Shown piece after piece: positions 15,865 to 24,411 of a stretch of 39,681 nucleotides of DNA. The notes below the pieces were generated by a model that was given only the letters and a program-made list of their open reading frames with translations, did not search any database and was not told the DNA's origin. Each line of letters begins with the position of its first letter. Position 1 is the first letter of the stretch. The DNA comes from an uncultured Opitutaceae bacterium (GTDB lineage: Bacteria; Verrucomicrobiota; Verrucomicrobiia; Opitutales; Opitutaceae): contig CAZWMF010000001.1 in NCBI GenBank assembly GCA_964634535.1, positions 1-39,681 of the forward strand, written 5' to 3'. The translations under genes and the position numbers were made by a program.

Positions 15865-16039
15865 GTGCCAAGTTTTGAAATAAACCCACCCTCCCGGGGC
15901 GTTAGCGCAGCTCATCAACTCCCTCTGGGACCGTCTGCGTGGCACGCTCCACTGCGGTGATCACTCGGTCCGGTTCGGGGGTTGTCTGGGCCTGGCGAAG
16001 CGTGCCCCGGGAGGGTGGGATTATTTCAAAACTTGGCAC
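15865..16039 (+). repeat. 175-nt palindromic/structured intergenic element, copy B (candidate structured RNA)
   Basis: 15865-15900 pairs with 16004-16039 over 36 positions, with 35 Watson-Crick pairs and one A-A mismatch (15884/16020). Inner helices are 15916-15923/15977-15984 and 15928-15933/15966-15971. The core aligns with copy A and the total length is the same. Confidence 0.7.
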
Positions 16040-16113
16040 GGCTGAATTGCGATGGATCGAGAGAGTTTGTTTGCCCGCACCGCGCGGGCCGATAGCCTAC
16101 TCGCGCCCATGCT

Positions 16114-16830
16114 ATGCCGCTGACCGCCCTCCCCGACCCAGCGCACGATCCCGTGCACGATCCGATCCCGCCGCCGCGCTCGCGGCTCGTCACCGTGCGG
16201 GACGCCTTCATCTCCGGGGCCCTCCTGCTCGCGCCCCTCGTGGTCACCGTCTGGGCCTTTTCCTGGGTGCTCTCCGCGATCGGCGGCAGCTTTCGCCCGG
16301 TGTTCTTCTTTTTCCTGCCCAAGAACCACCCGCTGCTGGACCTGGCGCTCGATCTGGTCTCGACGCTCATCGTCCTCGTCCTCGTCACCGTCCTCGGCTA
16401 CGTATCCCGCGACGTGTTCGGCCGTTTCTTTGTCCGCATCGCCGAGCGTTTCGTCCTCAGCATCCCCGGCGTCGGCGCCGTGTACATCTCGGTCAAGCAG
16501 ATCGTCGACACCTTCGGCAATCAAAACCGCAACAAGTTCAGCAAGGTCGTCCTGGTCGAGTTCCCGCGGAAAGGCTGCTGGGCCATGGGCTTTCTCACAA
16601 ATCGCGCGCAAGCCGAGCCCCAGATCAAGATCGGCCAGGAAGTCTGGACCGTGTTCATCCCCACGACGCCCAATCCGACCGGCGGCTACGTGCTCTTTCT
16701 GCCGCCCAGCGACATCATCGAACTGGAAATGAGCATCGGCGAGGGCATGAAGATGATCATTTCCGGGGGGGCCGTCCTGCCGCCGGGCAACCGTTCCCCG
16801 GCGCCCGCCGGGTCCGCGACCCAGGAGTAG
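16114..16830 (+). CDS. DUF502-family membrane protein
   Basis: It has two N-terminal transmembrane helices. Conserved DUF502 segments are present: IPGVGAVYISVKQIVDTF, FSKVVLVEFPRKGCWAMGF, PTTPNPTGGYVLFLP and EGMKMIISGG. Confidence 0.8.
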   Translation: MPLTALPDPAHDPVHDPIPPPRSRLVTVRDAFISGALLLAPLVVTVWAFSWVLSAIGGSFRPVFFFFLPKNHPLLDLALDLVSTLIVLVLVTVLGYVSRDVFGRFFVRIAERFVLSIPGVGAVYISVKQIVDTFGNQNRNKFSKVVLVEFPRKGCWAMGFLTNRAQAEPQIKIGQEVWTVFIPTTPNPTGGYVLFLPPSDIIELEMSIGEGMKMIISGGAVLPPGNRSPAPAGSATQE

Positions 16831-16832
16831 GC

Positions 16833-17447
16833 GTGGGCGCCCGGACGCTGAGCACGGACGCGCTCGTCCTGGAGAAGCAGCCGGCCGCCTCCGACGGCTG
16901 GGAGCGCCACATCCTGTTCTCGCCCGACGAGGGCATCCTCGCGGCGTTTCGGCGGCGCAGCCGCAGCCAGCGCGAGCCCCCGCTGGATCTGTTCGACGAT
17001 GCCGCCGTCGTCCTCGAGTCGAACAACCAGGGCCAAAGCTGGTTCATTCGGGAGGCGCGCCTGCGCACCCGCCACGCCGGCCTGGGAAAGAGCTATGAGG
17101 CGCTGACCGCCGCCTCGCGCCTCGCCCGGCTGGCCGTGCGCAACCCGGTCGCGGCCGAAAGCCGCTCGCCCGTCTTCGAGCTGCTGCGCGCCGCACTCGC
17201 GGCGATGGCCGACACGCCGCGGCCCGACGTCGTGCTCTTCAAATCCCTGTATCGCTTCGCCCGCGACGAAGGCTACCCGGTGCGGGAGGAGTGGCGGACC
17301 GGCCTGACCGCCACGGACCGGACGGAGGTCGACGCCCTCCTCGATCGGCCGGTGCGGGCGGCGCAAACTTCGGGGGCGGCGGTCGCCCGGCTCCAGCGCC
17401 GCCTGGAGGACTACCTCCAGGCCAATACCGAGATCATTCTGGACTGA
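16833..17447 (+). CDS. RecO-like DNA repair protein (tentative; otherwise hypothetical)
   Basis: GTG start 3 nt after the DUF502 stop. The layout resembles RecO. The N-terminal part looks like an OB fold (DALVLEK...ILFSPDEGILAAFRR...LDLFDDAAVVLES...WFIREARL). A helical part follows (VFELLRAALAAMA...VLFKSLYRFARDEGYP). I see no zinc-finger cysteines. The assignment rests on pattern memory only. Confidence 0.4.
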   Translation: MGARTLSTDALVLEKQPAASDGWERHILFSPDEGILAAFRRRSRSQREPPLDLFDDAAVVLESNNQGQSWFIREARLRTRHAGLGKSYEALTAASRLARLAVRNPVAAESRSPVFELLRAALAAMADTPRPDVVLFKSLYRFARDEGYPVREEWRTGLTATDRTEVDALLDRPVRAAQTSGAAVARLQRRLEDYLQANTEIILD

Positions 17448-17452
17448 CCGCC

Positions 17453-19981
17453 ATGCACATCGATCTCGAGGCCCGTCGCGCGCGCCTGAGCGTGGGCGAA
17501 TTCTCCGATTTTGCACTGGGCCCGCGCGACGCCGGCGAGGGTCCGGCCGGGATCTGGCGGGCCCAGCTCGGCACCCGGTGGCATCAGCAATTGCGGGCCC
17601 AAACCGCCGCCGAGCAGCCGAACGCCGGATTTGAAGTGGCGGTTGAGGGCGCCCTGGCGATCGCCGGGTGGACGATCGTGCTGAACGGACGCATCGACCA
17701 GTACCTGCGGGCGGGCCCGGCGATCCTCGTGCGCGAGATCAAGACCGTCACGCGCGCCCTGCCCGACGGCGAAAATCTCCTGCGGGCCGACTATCCGGGC
17801 TATTTTGTCCAGCTGGCCGCCTACGTCGCCCTGCTCAATCAATCGCCCCTCGAACCGGGCGGCCCGCCGCCCCGGCCGCCGGTGCGCGGAGAACTGATCT
17901 TTGTCGAGACCGCCACCGGCCTCAGCCAAGCCGTCTCCCTGGCGGAGGGCGACGCGCGGATGTTCGACGCGCAGATCGCGCGGGTCGCCGAGTTCCTCAA
18001 CCTGCGGCTCCGCGCCCGCGACCGCCAGCGCGGGCTGCAGTTCAGCCCGCCCTTCGCCGAGTTGCGCCCCGGCCAGGAAACCGTCGTGGCCGACCTGCAG
18101 ACCCAAGTGGACGCGGCCGCGCCCCCGGCCTCGGGCGGCCCCACCCCGCGGGTCGTGCTCCTCGAGGCCCCGCCCGGCTTCGGCAAGACTGGCGTCCTAT
18201 TGGAATTCGCGCTGGGCGCCCTGCGCGCCGGCCGCTTTGAGCGGGTGCTCTATCTGAGCGGAAAATCCTCCGGGCAACTGCAGGTCGGCCGCACCCTCGC
18301 GGCCATGGCCCCGCCGGCGGGAGCGGGCGGGCCGGCCGTTTGGACCGTCCGGCCCAAGTCCGAGCATTGCGTCAACCATGCCTTCCATTGCGTGCGCGAG
18401 GATTGCGGTTACCTGGACGGGGTCGAACGGCGCTGGACCGACAGCGGACTGGCGCGATTCTATTTGCTCGATAACCAGCCGCGCGACCTGCCGACCCTGC
18501 GCGCGGCCGGCCGGGAGGCCGGCGTGTGCCCCTACGAAATCACCCGGGCATCCCTGCCGTTCAACGATGTGTGGGTGGGCGATTACAATTACGTGTTTTC
18601 CCCGGGCAGCCGGGGCCTCTTCTTTCACCAACCCGGCTTCGAACCGGCAAGGACGCTTCTGATCATCGACGAGGCCCACAATCTGCCGGCCCGCGTCGCC
18701 GACGCCTACTCGCATGTCTTTTCCGCCGCCGCCGCCCGGGGGACGGCCGTCCTGCTCGACTCGATCAGTCCCGGCGCGCCCCTCACCCTGGCCTGGTCCC
18801 GCTGGACGGCGTTTCTGGACGGCCTGGCCCCCTGCGGCGCTCTGCGCGCCGGAGCGGAGGCCGACGCCCGGGACCTCATCCAGGAGCTGGCCGCATGCAT
18901 CCGCGAGCAGCCTGTCGACTACGCCGCCCTGAGCCCTGCCGCCACCGAGGCCATTTGGGAGATTCCCGGAATGGCCGACAATCTGGCCGAATCGGCCCTG
19001 ACCCTGCTGTGGTGGTGTCGGCAGCCCGGCAGCCTGTCGGTCACCTGCCTCGACGCGGCCCCGGCGATCGGCGCCGTCCTGGCCGCGTTCGGCGGCGTGG
19101 TCCTGGCGAGCGCCACACCGGGTCCGGCGGACGATTTGGCCGAAGCGCTCGGCCTGTCGGTCCCGCCCGAACCCGCACCGGCGCCCGCCGGCTGGAGCGA
19201 AACCGGGCGGCTGGGCAAGTTGACCAAACGCGAGACCAAGCGGCTGGCCGGCCAGGTGCTCACCGGCGCGGCCTTGCTCCGCCAGGCCGAGGGCGCCGGC
19301 GCCGCGCTCGCCGTCGTGCGGGCGCGCACCCCCTGGCGGGACGGGGCCTACGATGTGGCCTTCGACGTGCGCGTGGACACCACCTTTCAGCACCGCAGCC
19401 GGCACGCCACCACCACCGCCGCGACCGTCGCCGCCCTGTGCCGAGGCGACGCGGCCTGTGCGGCGATCTTCTTTTCGAGCTACGCCTACGCCGAGTTGAT
19501 CCGGGAGGAATTCCAGGCGAGCTATCCCCGGCTCCGCGCCAGCCTGCAGCCGCGGGCCCTGGAACTCGCCGCGCAGGCGCCGTGGGTGGAACGGGAATTG
19601 GCCGAGGCGGATGCGCTGTTCCTAATCCTGGGTTCGAGCTTTGCCGAAAGCGTCGACCTGCTCGGCGGACGCATCGGCTGCGGCATGGTGGTCGGACCGG
19701 CCCTGCCCGAGGTCAACCCGGTGCAGCACGCGCGACTGGCCGCGCTGGCCCCGCTCGGACGCGACGCCGCCTTCCGGCGCGTCTACCAGGTGCCGGGAAT
19801 GCAAAAGGTGAATCAAGCCCTGGGACGGCTGGTGCGCGCGCCGGGGCAGCGGGCGAAGATCCTGCTCCACTGCCGACGCTTCGCCGAACCGACCTACCGC
19901 AACCTGCTGGCCGCCGACTACCAGCAAGGCTGGCGAATCGAAGCCGACGAAGATCTCGAAACCTGGCTCGGACGCATTTAG
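17453..19981 (+). CDS. PD-(D/E)xK nuclease domain fused to an XPD/DinG-type (Rad3-family) Fe-S DNA helicase
   Basis: The N-terminal domain has GRIDQ...LVREIKT...YFVQLAAY, the D / E-x-K / Q-x3-Y motifs of RecB/Cas4-like nucleases. The helicase has Walker A EAPPGFGKTG, four Cys (EHCVNHAFHCVREDCGY...GVCPYE) in the position of the XPD 4Fe-4S insert, the DEAH box LIIDEAHNL, and a motif VI-like QALGRLVRAPG. The ATG at 17453 lies 5 nt after the upstream stop. Confidence 0.75.
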   Translation: MHIDLEARRARLSVGEFSDFALGPRDAGEGPAGIWRAQLGTRWHQQLRAQTAAEQPNAGFEVAVEGALAIAGWTIVLNGRIDQYLRAGPAILVREIKTVTRALPDGENLLRADYPGYFVQLAAYVALLNQSPLEPGGPPPRPPVRGELIFVETATGLSQAVSLAEGDARMFDAQIARVAEFLNLRLRARDRQRGLQFSPPFAELRPGQETVVADLQTQVDAAAPPASGGPTPRVVLLEAPPGFGKTGVLLEFALGALRAGRFERVLYLSGKSSGQLQVGRTLAAMAPPAGAGGPAVWTVRPKSEHCVNHAFHCVREDCGYLDGVERRWTDSGLARFYLLDNQPRDLPTLRAAGREAGVCPYEITRASLPFNDVWVGDYNYVFSPGSRGLFFHQPGFEPARTLLIIDEAHNLPARVADAYSHVFSAAAARGTAVLLDSISPGAPLTLAWSRWTAFLDGLAPCGALRAGAEADARDLIQELAACIREQPVDYAALSPAATEAIWEIPGMADNLAESALTLLWWCRQPGSLSVTCLDAAPAIGAVLAAFGGVVLASATPGPADDLAEALGLSVPPEPAPAPAGWSETGRLGKLTKRETKRLAGQVLTGAALLRQAEGAGAALAVVRARTPWRDGAYDVAFDVRVDTTFQHRSRHATTTAATVAALCRGDAACAAIFFSSYAYAELIREEFQASYPRLRASLQPRALELAAQAPWVERELAEADALFLILGSSFAESVDLLGGRIGCGMVVGPALPEVNPVQHARLAALAPLGRDAAFRRVYQVPGMQKVNQALGRLVRAPGQRAKILLHCRRFAEPTYRNLLAADYQQGWRIEADEDLETWLGRI

Positions 19982-20025
19982 GAAACAAACCGACCTCGGC
20001 GCCGTCTCATCCCTCTTACCTGGTT

Positions 20026-23000
20026 ATGTCTTTCTGGAACCCCCTCCGCTCCATCGTCTTTCTAATGCTTGCGATCGTGGCCATATCCGCGGCCATGCCC
20101 GTGCGGGCCGCCGTCGCAGCCGGCGCGGCGCCGGCCCGGCGCGAATTGACCCGTCAGGAACTGGCCCAGGGCTACCGCAACGGCGTCGTCCTGGCCAAGC
20201 CGCGGGCCGACCACCGGGCCAGCGTGGACGCCGACGAGGCGCGCGAGGGCACCGCCGCGATCCGCACCTTCCCGCGCATGGCCGACTTGCGCATCCTGCC
20301 CACGCAGTCCGGGGAAGACGCCCGCCATGCCGTGGCCCGGCTCAGCGCGACCGGACGCTACGAATTCGTCGAATTGGATCGGGTGATCCACAAGGACCAG
20401 ACGGTGACGCCGAACGACCCCGACTTCGGACAGCAATGGGGCCTCAACAACACCGGCGCCAACTCCCCGGACGGCAGTCCCGGAATCGCCGGAGCGGACA
20501 TCCACGCCCCGGCGGCCTGGGCGGTCTCGACCAACGCCGCGTCCGTAATCGTCGCCGAAATCGACACCGGCGTGCGGCTGACCCATGCCGACCTCGTCGC
20601 CAATCTGTGGATCAATCCGAGCGCCAACCGCGACGGCTACACCGGCGACGTCAACGGCATCGACGCTTCCGACCCGCAGGCGGTCACCGGCGACCCGTCC
20701 GACAGCGACGGCCACGGCACCCATGTCGCCGGCATCATTGGCGCGGTCGGCAACAACGGGCAGGACACTTCCGGCGTGTGCTGGACGGCCAAGATCATGG
20801 CCCTCAAATTCATCGGCTCGAGCGGCAGCGGCTCCACCTCGGGCGAAGTGATCTGCATCGATTTTGCGATCGCCCATGGCGCCAGTCTCATCAACGCGAG
20901 CTTCGGCTCGAGCCAGGCGAGCCAGTCGGAGGAAACGGCGATCCAGACGGCCGGCAATGCCGGCATCATCTTTGTGGCCGCCGCCGGCAACAATTCCGAG
21001 GACAACGGACTTACCACGAGCTACCCATGCAATTATCCCCTGGACAACATCGTGGCGGTGGCCGCTTCGGACAATCGGGACGATCTGGTCTACTTCTCCG
21101 ACTCGGGCTCGGGCAACGTCGAACTGGCGGCTCCGGGCAACGAGATTCTCTCGCTCTACAATACGAGCGACACGGCGACCGCCGTTCTCTCCGGAACGTC
21201 GATGGCCACGCCGATGGTCACCGGCTCGCTGGCCCTGCTCCGGGCCCAGTCGCCGAGCACCAGCTACCGCTACGTCATCAACCGGCTGCTGCGCCACGTC
21301 GATGCGCGCACCAATTTCCTCGGACGGGTGCAAACCGGCGGCCGACTTAATCTGGCGGCGGCCTTGACCTCGGCCCTCACCGACACGGCGCCGTTCAACG
21401 ACGATTTCGCCGCGCGGGGCCATCTGGCTGGGCCGACCGTCGCGGTGCGCTCGAACAACACCGGCGCCAGCCGCGAAGCGGGCGAACCCTTGATTGCGGG
21501 CAACGCCGGCGGGGCCTCGCTATGGTGGGATTGGACCGCGCCCTATACCGGGACCGTGACCCTGACGAGCGCGGGCTCGGCCTACGCCACCTTGCTGGGG
21601 GTCTACACCGGCACGGCGCTCGGCTCGCTGACGACCGTCCAAACCGCCACGTCCGGATCGCTGACCTTTTCCGCCCAGGCGGGGACAACCTACGCCATCG
21701 CCGTCGACGGACAGAATGGCGCCCATGGGCTAACCCTGCTGAATCTGAGTTTCGCCAACGACAACTTTAGCACGCCGATGACCTTGGCGGGGGTCAGCCC
21801 GCAAGTGACCGCAAGCACGGCCAATGCCACGCGGCAGGCGGGCGAACCGTTGATCGACGGCCTGGCCGGCGGCCATTCGGTCTGGTTCACCTGGACGGCG
21901 CCGCAGAGCGCGCAATACCAGGTCTCCGCGACCTCGCCAGACTTTGATCCGCTGGTCGCCGTCTACACGGGAAACAACCTGTCGGCGCTCAGCGCCCTCG
22001 CCAGCGGACATGGATCGGCCATCAACGCCAGCGCCTCCACCCCCGTGAGCATCGGGTCCGGAACGTTTGGCGCCGTGGCGGGCGTCACCTATCTGATCAC
22101 CGTGGACGGCACCACCGATGCGAGCACGCAATTGTCCGCCGGCCAGTTCACGTTATCCCTGGCCGATTCCCAGTGGCAGGGACTCACCACCGATTCGGTC
22201 ACCGGTTCGCCCGCCATCGGGGCCGACGGCACCGTCTACGCGGTCTCGACCGACGGCATTCTCTACGCCTTCACCGCTACCGGGGCGACCCGCTGGACGT
22301 ACAACGCGCAAAACGTCCTCGGCGGGACGGCCACCATCGACACGAGTTCGCCCGCTGTCGGAACCGACGGGACCCTCTACACGTCCGCCATCGGCTCGTC
22401 CAACGGTGCGGTTGTGGCCGTGACCGCCCAAGGCGCTCTCAAATGGAGTTACGCACCCCCGGCGGGGGACTACCCGACCTGCTCGCCGGCGTTGGCCTAC
22501 GATGGCACGGTGATCGTAAAGGACAGTAGCGGCCAACTCGACGCCCTCGACCCGGCGACGGGCACGCTCAAGTGGCAGAGCGCCGTCCCCGGATCCTCCT
22601 ACGCCGCGCCGTCGATCGGCCCCGACGGCACGATCTACATCGGCACCGACGACGGGGCCGGCGGCGGCCAGCTGTATGCCATCAGTTCCACCGGAACGCT
22701 GAAATGGACGGCGCCGGCGGACGGGCCGATCTATTCGACGGCGGCAATCGACGCCCGGGGCCACATTTATTTTGGAAGCCTCACCGGGACATTCTTCGCG
22801 GTCGATACGAGCGGCCATCGGCTCTGGTCCCAAACCGAAGGCAATAGCATCTCCTCCTCGCCGGCGATCGGTTCCGACGGCACGATCTATTTCGGGTGCT
22901 ACGACCACCAACTCTATGCGCTCGACCCGACCACCGGCGCGACGCGGTGGACCTACCGCCTGGCCGCCGAGGTTCGCGCCAGTTCGCCCGCCATCGCTGC

Positions 23001-24411
23001 GGGCGTCGCCGGCCTCGACGTCGTTTATATCGGCGACTACGACGGCAACCTCTATGCGGTCAATGCCGACGGCACGCTGAATCGCACGTTCGCCACGGGC
23101 ATGATCGTCCGCTCCTGTCCGGCGATCGCCAACAACACGCTCTATTTCGGGAGCGAGGACCACAAGGTGTACGCCTTTGCCCTCGGCACGCCCGCCGCGA
23201 GTTCAACCTGGCCGATGTATATGCAGAATCCGCAGCGCCGCGGCGCGGAGGCCGCCACCGCTCCGGCCATCACGATCCAGCCGCAGAGCCAAAGCGTCGC
23301 GGCGGGCAATACCGTCACATTGAGCGCGACGGCAACGGGCGGTGCCCTGACCTATCAATGGTTCTTCGCCGGAACGCCGATCGCCGGGGCGACCGGCTCC
23401 ACCCTGGTTCTGTCCCAGGTCGGCACCAGCCAGAGCTCGCTCTATGGCACTTACACCGTATCCGTCTCCAACATTCTGGGCACGGCCGTTTCGACGGCCG
23501 CCGCCCTGACCGTCCAGCCAAACGCCCACCTGATCAATCTGTCCTCGCGTTCCTACGTCGGCACCGGCGCCCAAGTGCTGGTGGCCGGATTCGTCGTCGC
23601 CGGCGCCGGCACGAAGCAGGTGCTGATTCGGGGCGATGGGCCGGCTCTCTCAACCTTCAATGTCGCCGGCGTCCTCGCGCAGCCGCTCCTGTCGCTCTTC
23701 GACAACACCTCCACGGTGATCGCGACCAATGCGGGCTGGAGCAACGCCGCGGTACTGGGCTCATCGAGCGTCGCCGCCACGATTGCGCCGGCCACGACCA
23801 ACGTGTTCAACCAGGTCTACGCGTTCACCCTGCCTACCGGCTCGGCCGACAGCGCGATGCTCGCAGGCCTGCCGCCGGCCGCCTACACCGCCGAAATCAG
23901 CGGAGTCGGCAATACGACCGGGGTCGCCCTGGCCGAACTCTACGACGCCGACAGCGGCACGCCCACCGCCCACCTCGTCAACCTTTCGGCCCGCGCCTTC
24001 GTCAACACCGGCTCGGGCGTCCTGGTCGCCGGCTTTGTCGTCAATGGCACCGGTTCGGAAACCGTGCTCATCCGCGGGATCGGCCCGGCTCTGGGGCTGG
24101 CGCCCTTCAACCTGCCGGGCGCCCTGGCCCTGCCGCAGCTCACGCTTTTCGACAGCACGGGAGCGGTCATCGCCACCAATGCCGGCTGGAGCACCGCGCC
24201 AGCGGGCGGAGCGTCTGCGGTCCCCGCCGGCATTCAGCCGGCCACGGCGCCACTCATGAGCGCCCTCTATGCCTTTTCCCTGCCGGCCAATTCCGCCGAC
24301 TGCGCGATGGTCATAACGCTGCCGGCCGGAGCCTACACCGCTCAGGTGAGCGGCGAGGGCGGCACGACCGGCGTAGGGTTGGTCGAGGTTTACGACGTTC
24401 CCGGCAATTGA
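20026..24411 (+). CDS. secreted multidomain S8 (subtilisin-family) serine peptidase, 1461 aa
   Basis: A signal/anchor sequence (MSFWNPLRSIVFLMLAIVAISAAMPVRAA) is followed by a propeptide-like region. The catalytic triad contexts are AEIDTGV (Asp), DGHGTHVAGI (His) and SGTSMATPMVTG (Ser). Two modules of about 110 aa follow (NDxF...GEP...VYTG...VDG). Next come PQQ/BamB-like beta-propeller repeats (DGT.Y... repeated many times) and an Ig-like domain (ITIQPQSQSVAAGNTVTLSATATG...YQWF). Two tandem 148-aa C-terminal modules complete the protein. Confidence 0.85.
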   Translation: MSFWNPLRSIVFLMLAIVAISAAMPVRAAVAAGAAPARRELTRQELAQGYRNGVVLAKPRADHRASVDADEAREGTAAIRTFPRMADLRILPTQSGEDARHAVARLSATGRYEFVELDRVIHKDQTVTPNDPDFGQQWGLNNTGANSPDGSPGIAGADIHAPAAWAVSTNAASVIVAEIDTGVRLTHADLVANLWINPSANRDGYTGDVNGIDASDPQAVTGDPSDSDGHGTHVAGIIGAVGNNGQDTSGVCWTAKIMALKFIGSSGSGSTSGEVICIDFAIAHGASLINASFGSSQASQSEETAIQTAGNAGIIFVAAAGNNSEDNGLTTSYPCNYPLDNIVAVAASDNRDDLVYFSDSGSGNVELAAPGNEILSLYNTSDTATAVLSGTSMATPMVTGSLALLRAQSPSTSYRYVINRLLRHVDARTNFLGRVQTGGRLNLAAALTSALTDTAPFNDDFAARGHLAGPTVAVRSNNTGASREAGEPLIAGNAGGASLWWDWTAPYTGTVTLTSAGSAYATLLGVYTGTALGSLTTVQTATSGSLTFSAQAGTTYAIAVDGQNGAHGLTLLNLSFANDNFSTPMTLAGVSPQVTASTANATRQAGEPLIDGLAGGHSVWFTWTAPQSAQYQVSATSPDFDPLVAVYTGNNLSALSALASGHGSAINASASTPVSIGSGTFGAVAGVTYLITVDGTTDASTQLSAGQFTLSLADSQWQGLTTDSVTGSPAIGADGTVYAVSTDGILYAFTATGATRWTYNAQNVLGGTATIDTSSPAVGTDGTLYTSAIGSSNGAVVAVTAQGALKWSYAPPAGDYPTCSPALAYDGTVIVKDSSGQLDALDPATGTLKWQSAVPGSSYAAPSIGPDGTIYIGTDDGAGGGQLYAISSTGTLKWTAPADGPIYSTAAIDARGHIYFGSLTGTFFAVDTSGHRLWSQTEGNSISSSPAIGSDGTIYFGCYDHQLYALDPTTGATRWTYRLAAEVRASSPAIAAGVAGLDVVYIGDYDGNLYAVNADGTLNRTFATGMIVRSCPAIANNTLYFGSEDHKVYAFALGTPAASSTWPMYMQNPQRRGAEAATAPAITIQPQSQSVAAGNTVTLSATATGGALTYQWFFAGTPIAGATGSTLVLSQVGTSQSSLYGTYTVSVSNILGTAVSTAAALTVQPNAHLINLSSRSYVGTGAQVLVAGFVVAGAGTKQVLIRGDGPALSTFNVAGVLAQPLLSLFDNTSTVIATNAGWSNAAVLGSSSVAATIAPATTNVFNQVYAFTLPTGSADSAMLAGLPPAAYTAEISGVGNTTGVALAELYDADSGTPTAHLVNLSARAFVNTGSGVLVAGFVVNGTGSETVLIRGIGPALGLAPFNLPGALALPQLTLFDSTGAVIATNAGWSTAPAGGASAVPAGIQPATAPLMSALYAFSLPANSADCAMVITLPAGAYTAQVSGEGGTTGVGLVEVYDVPGN

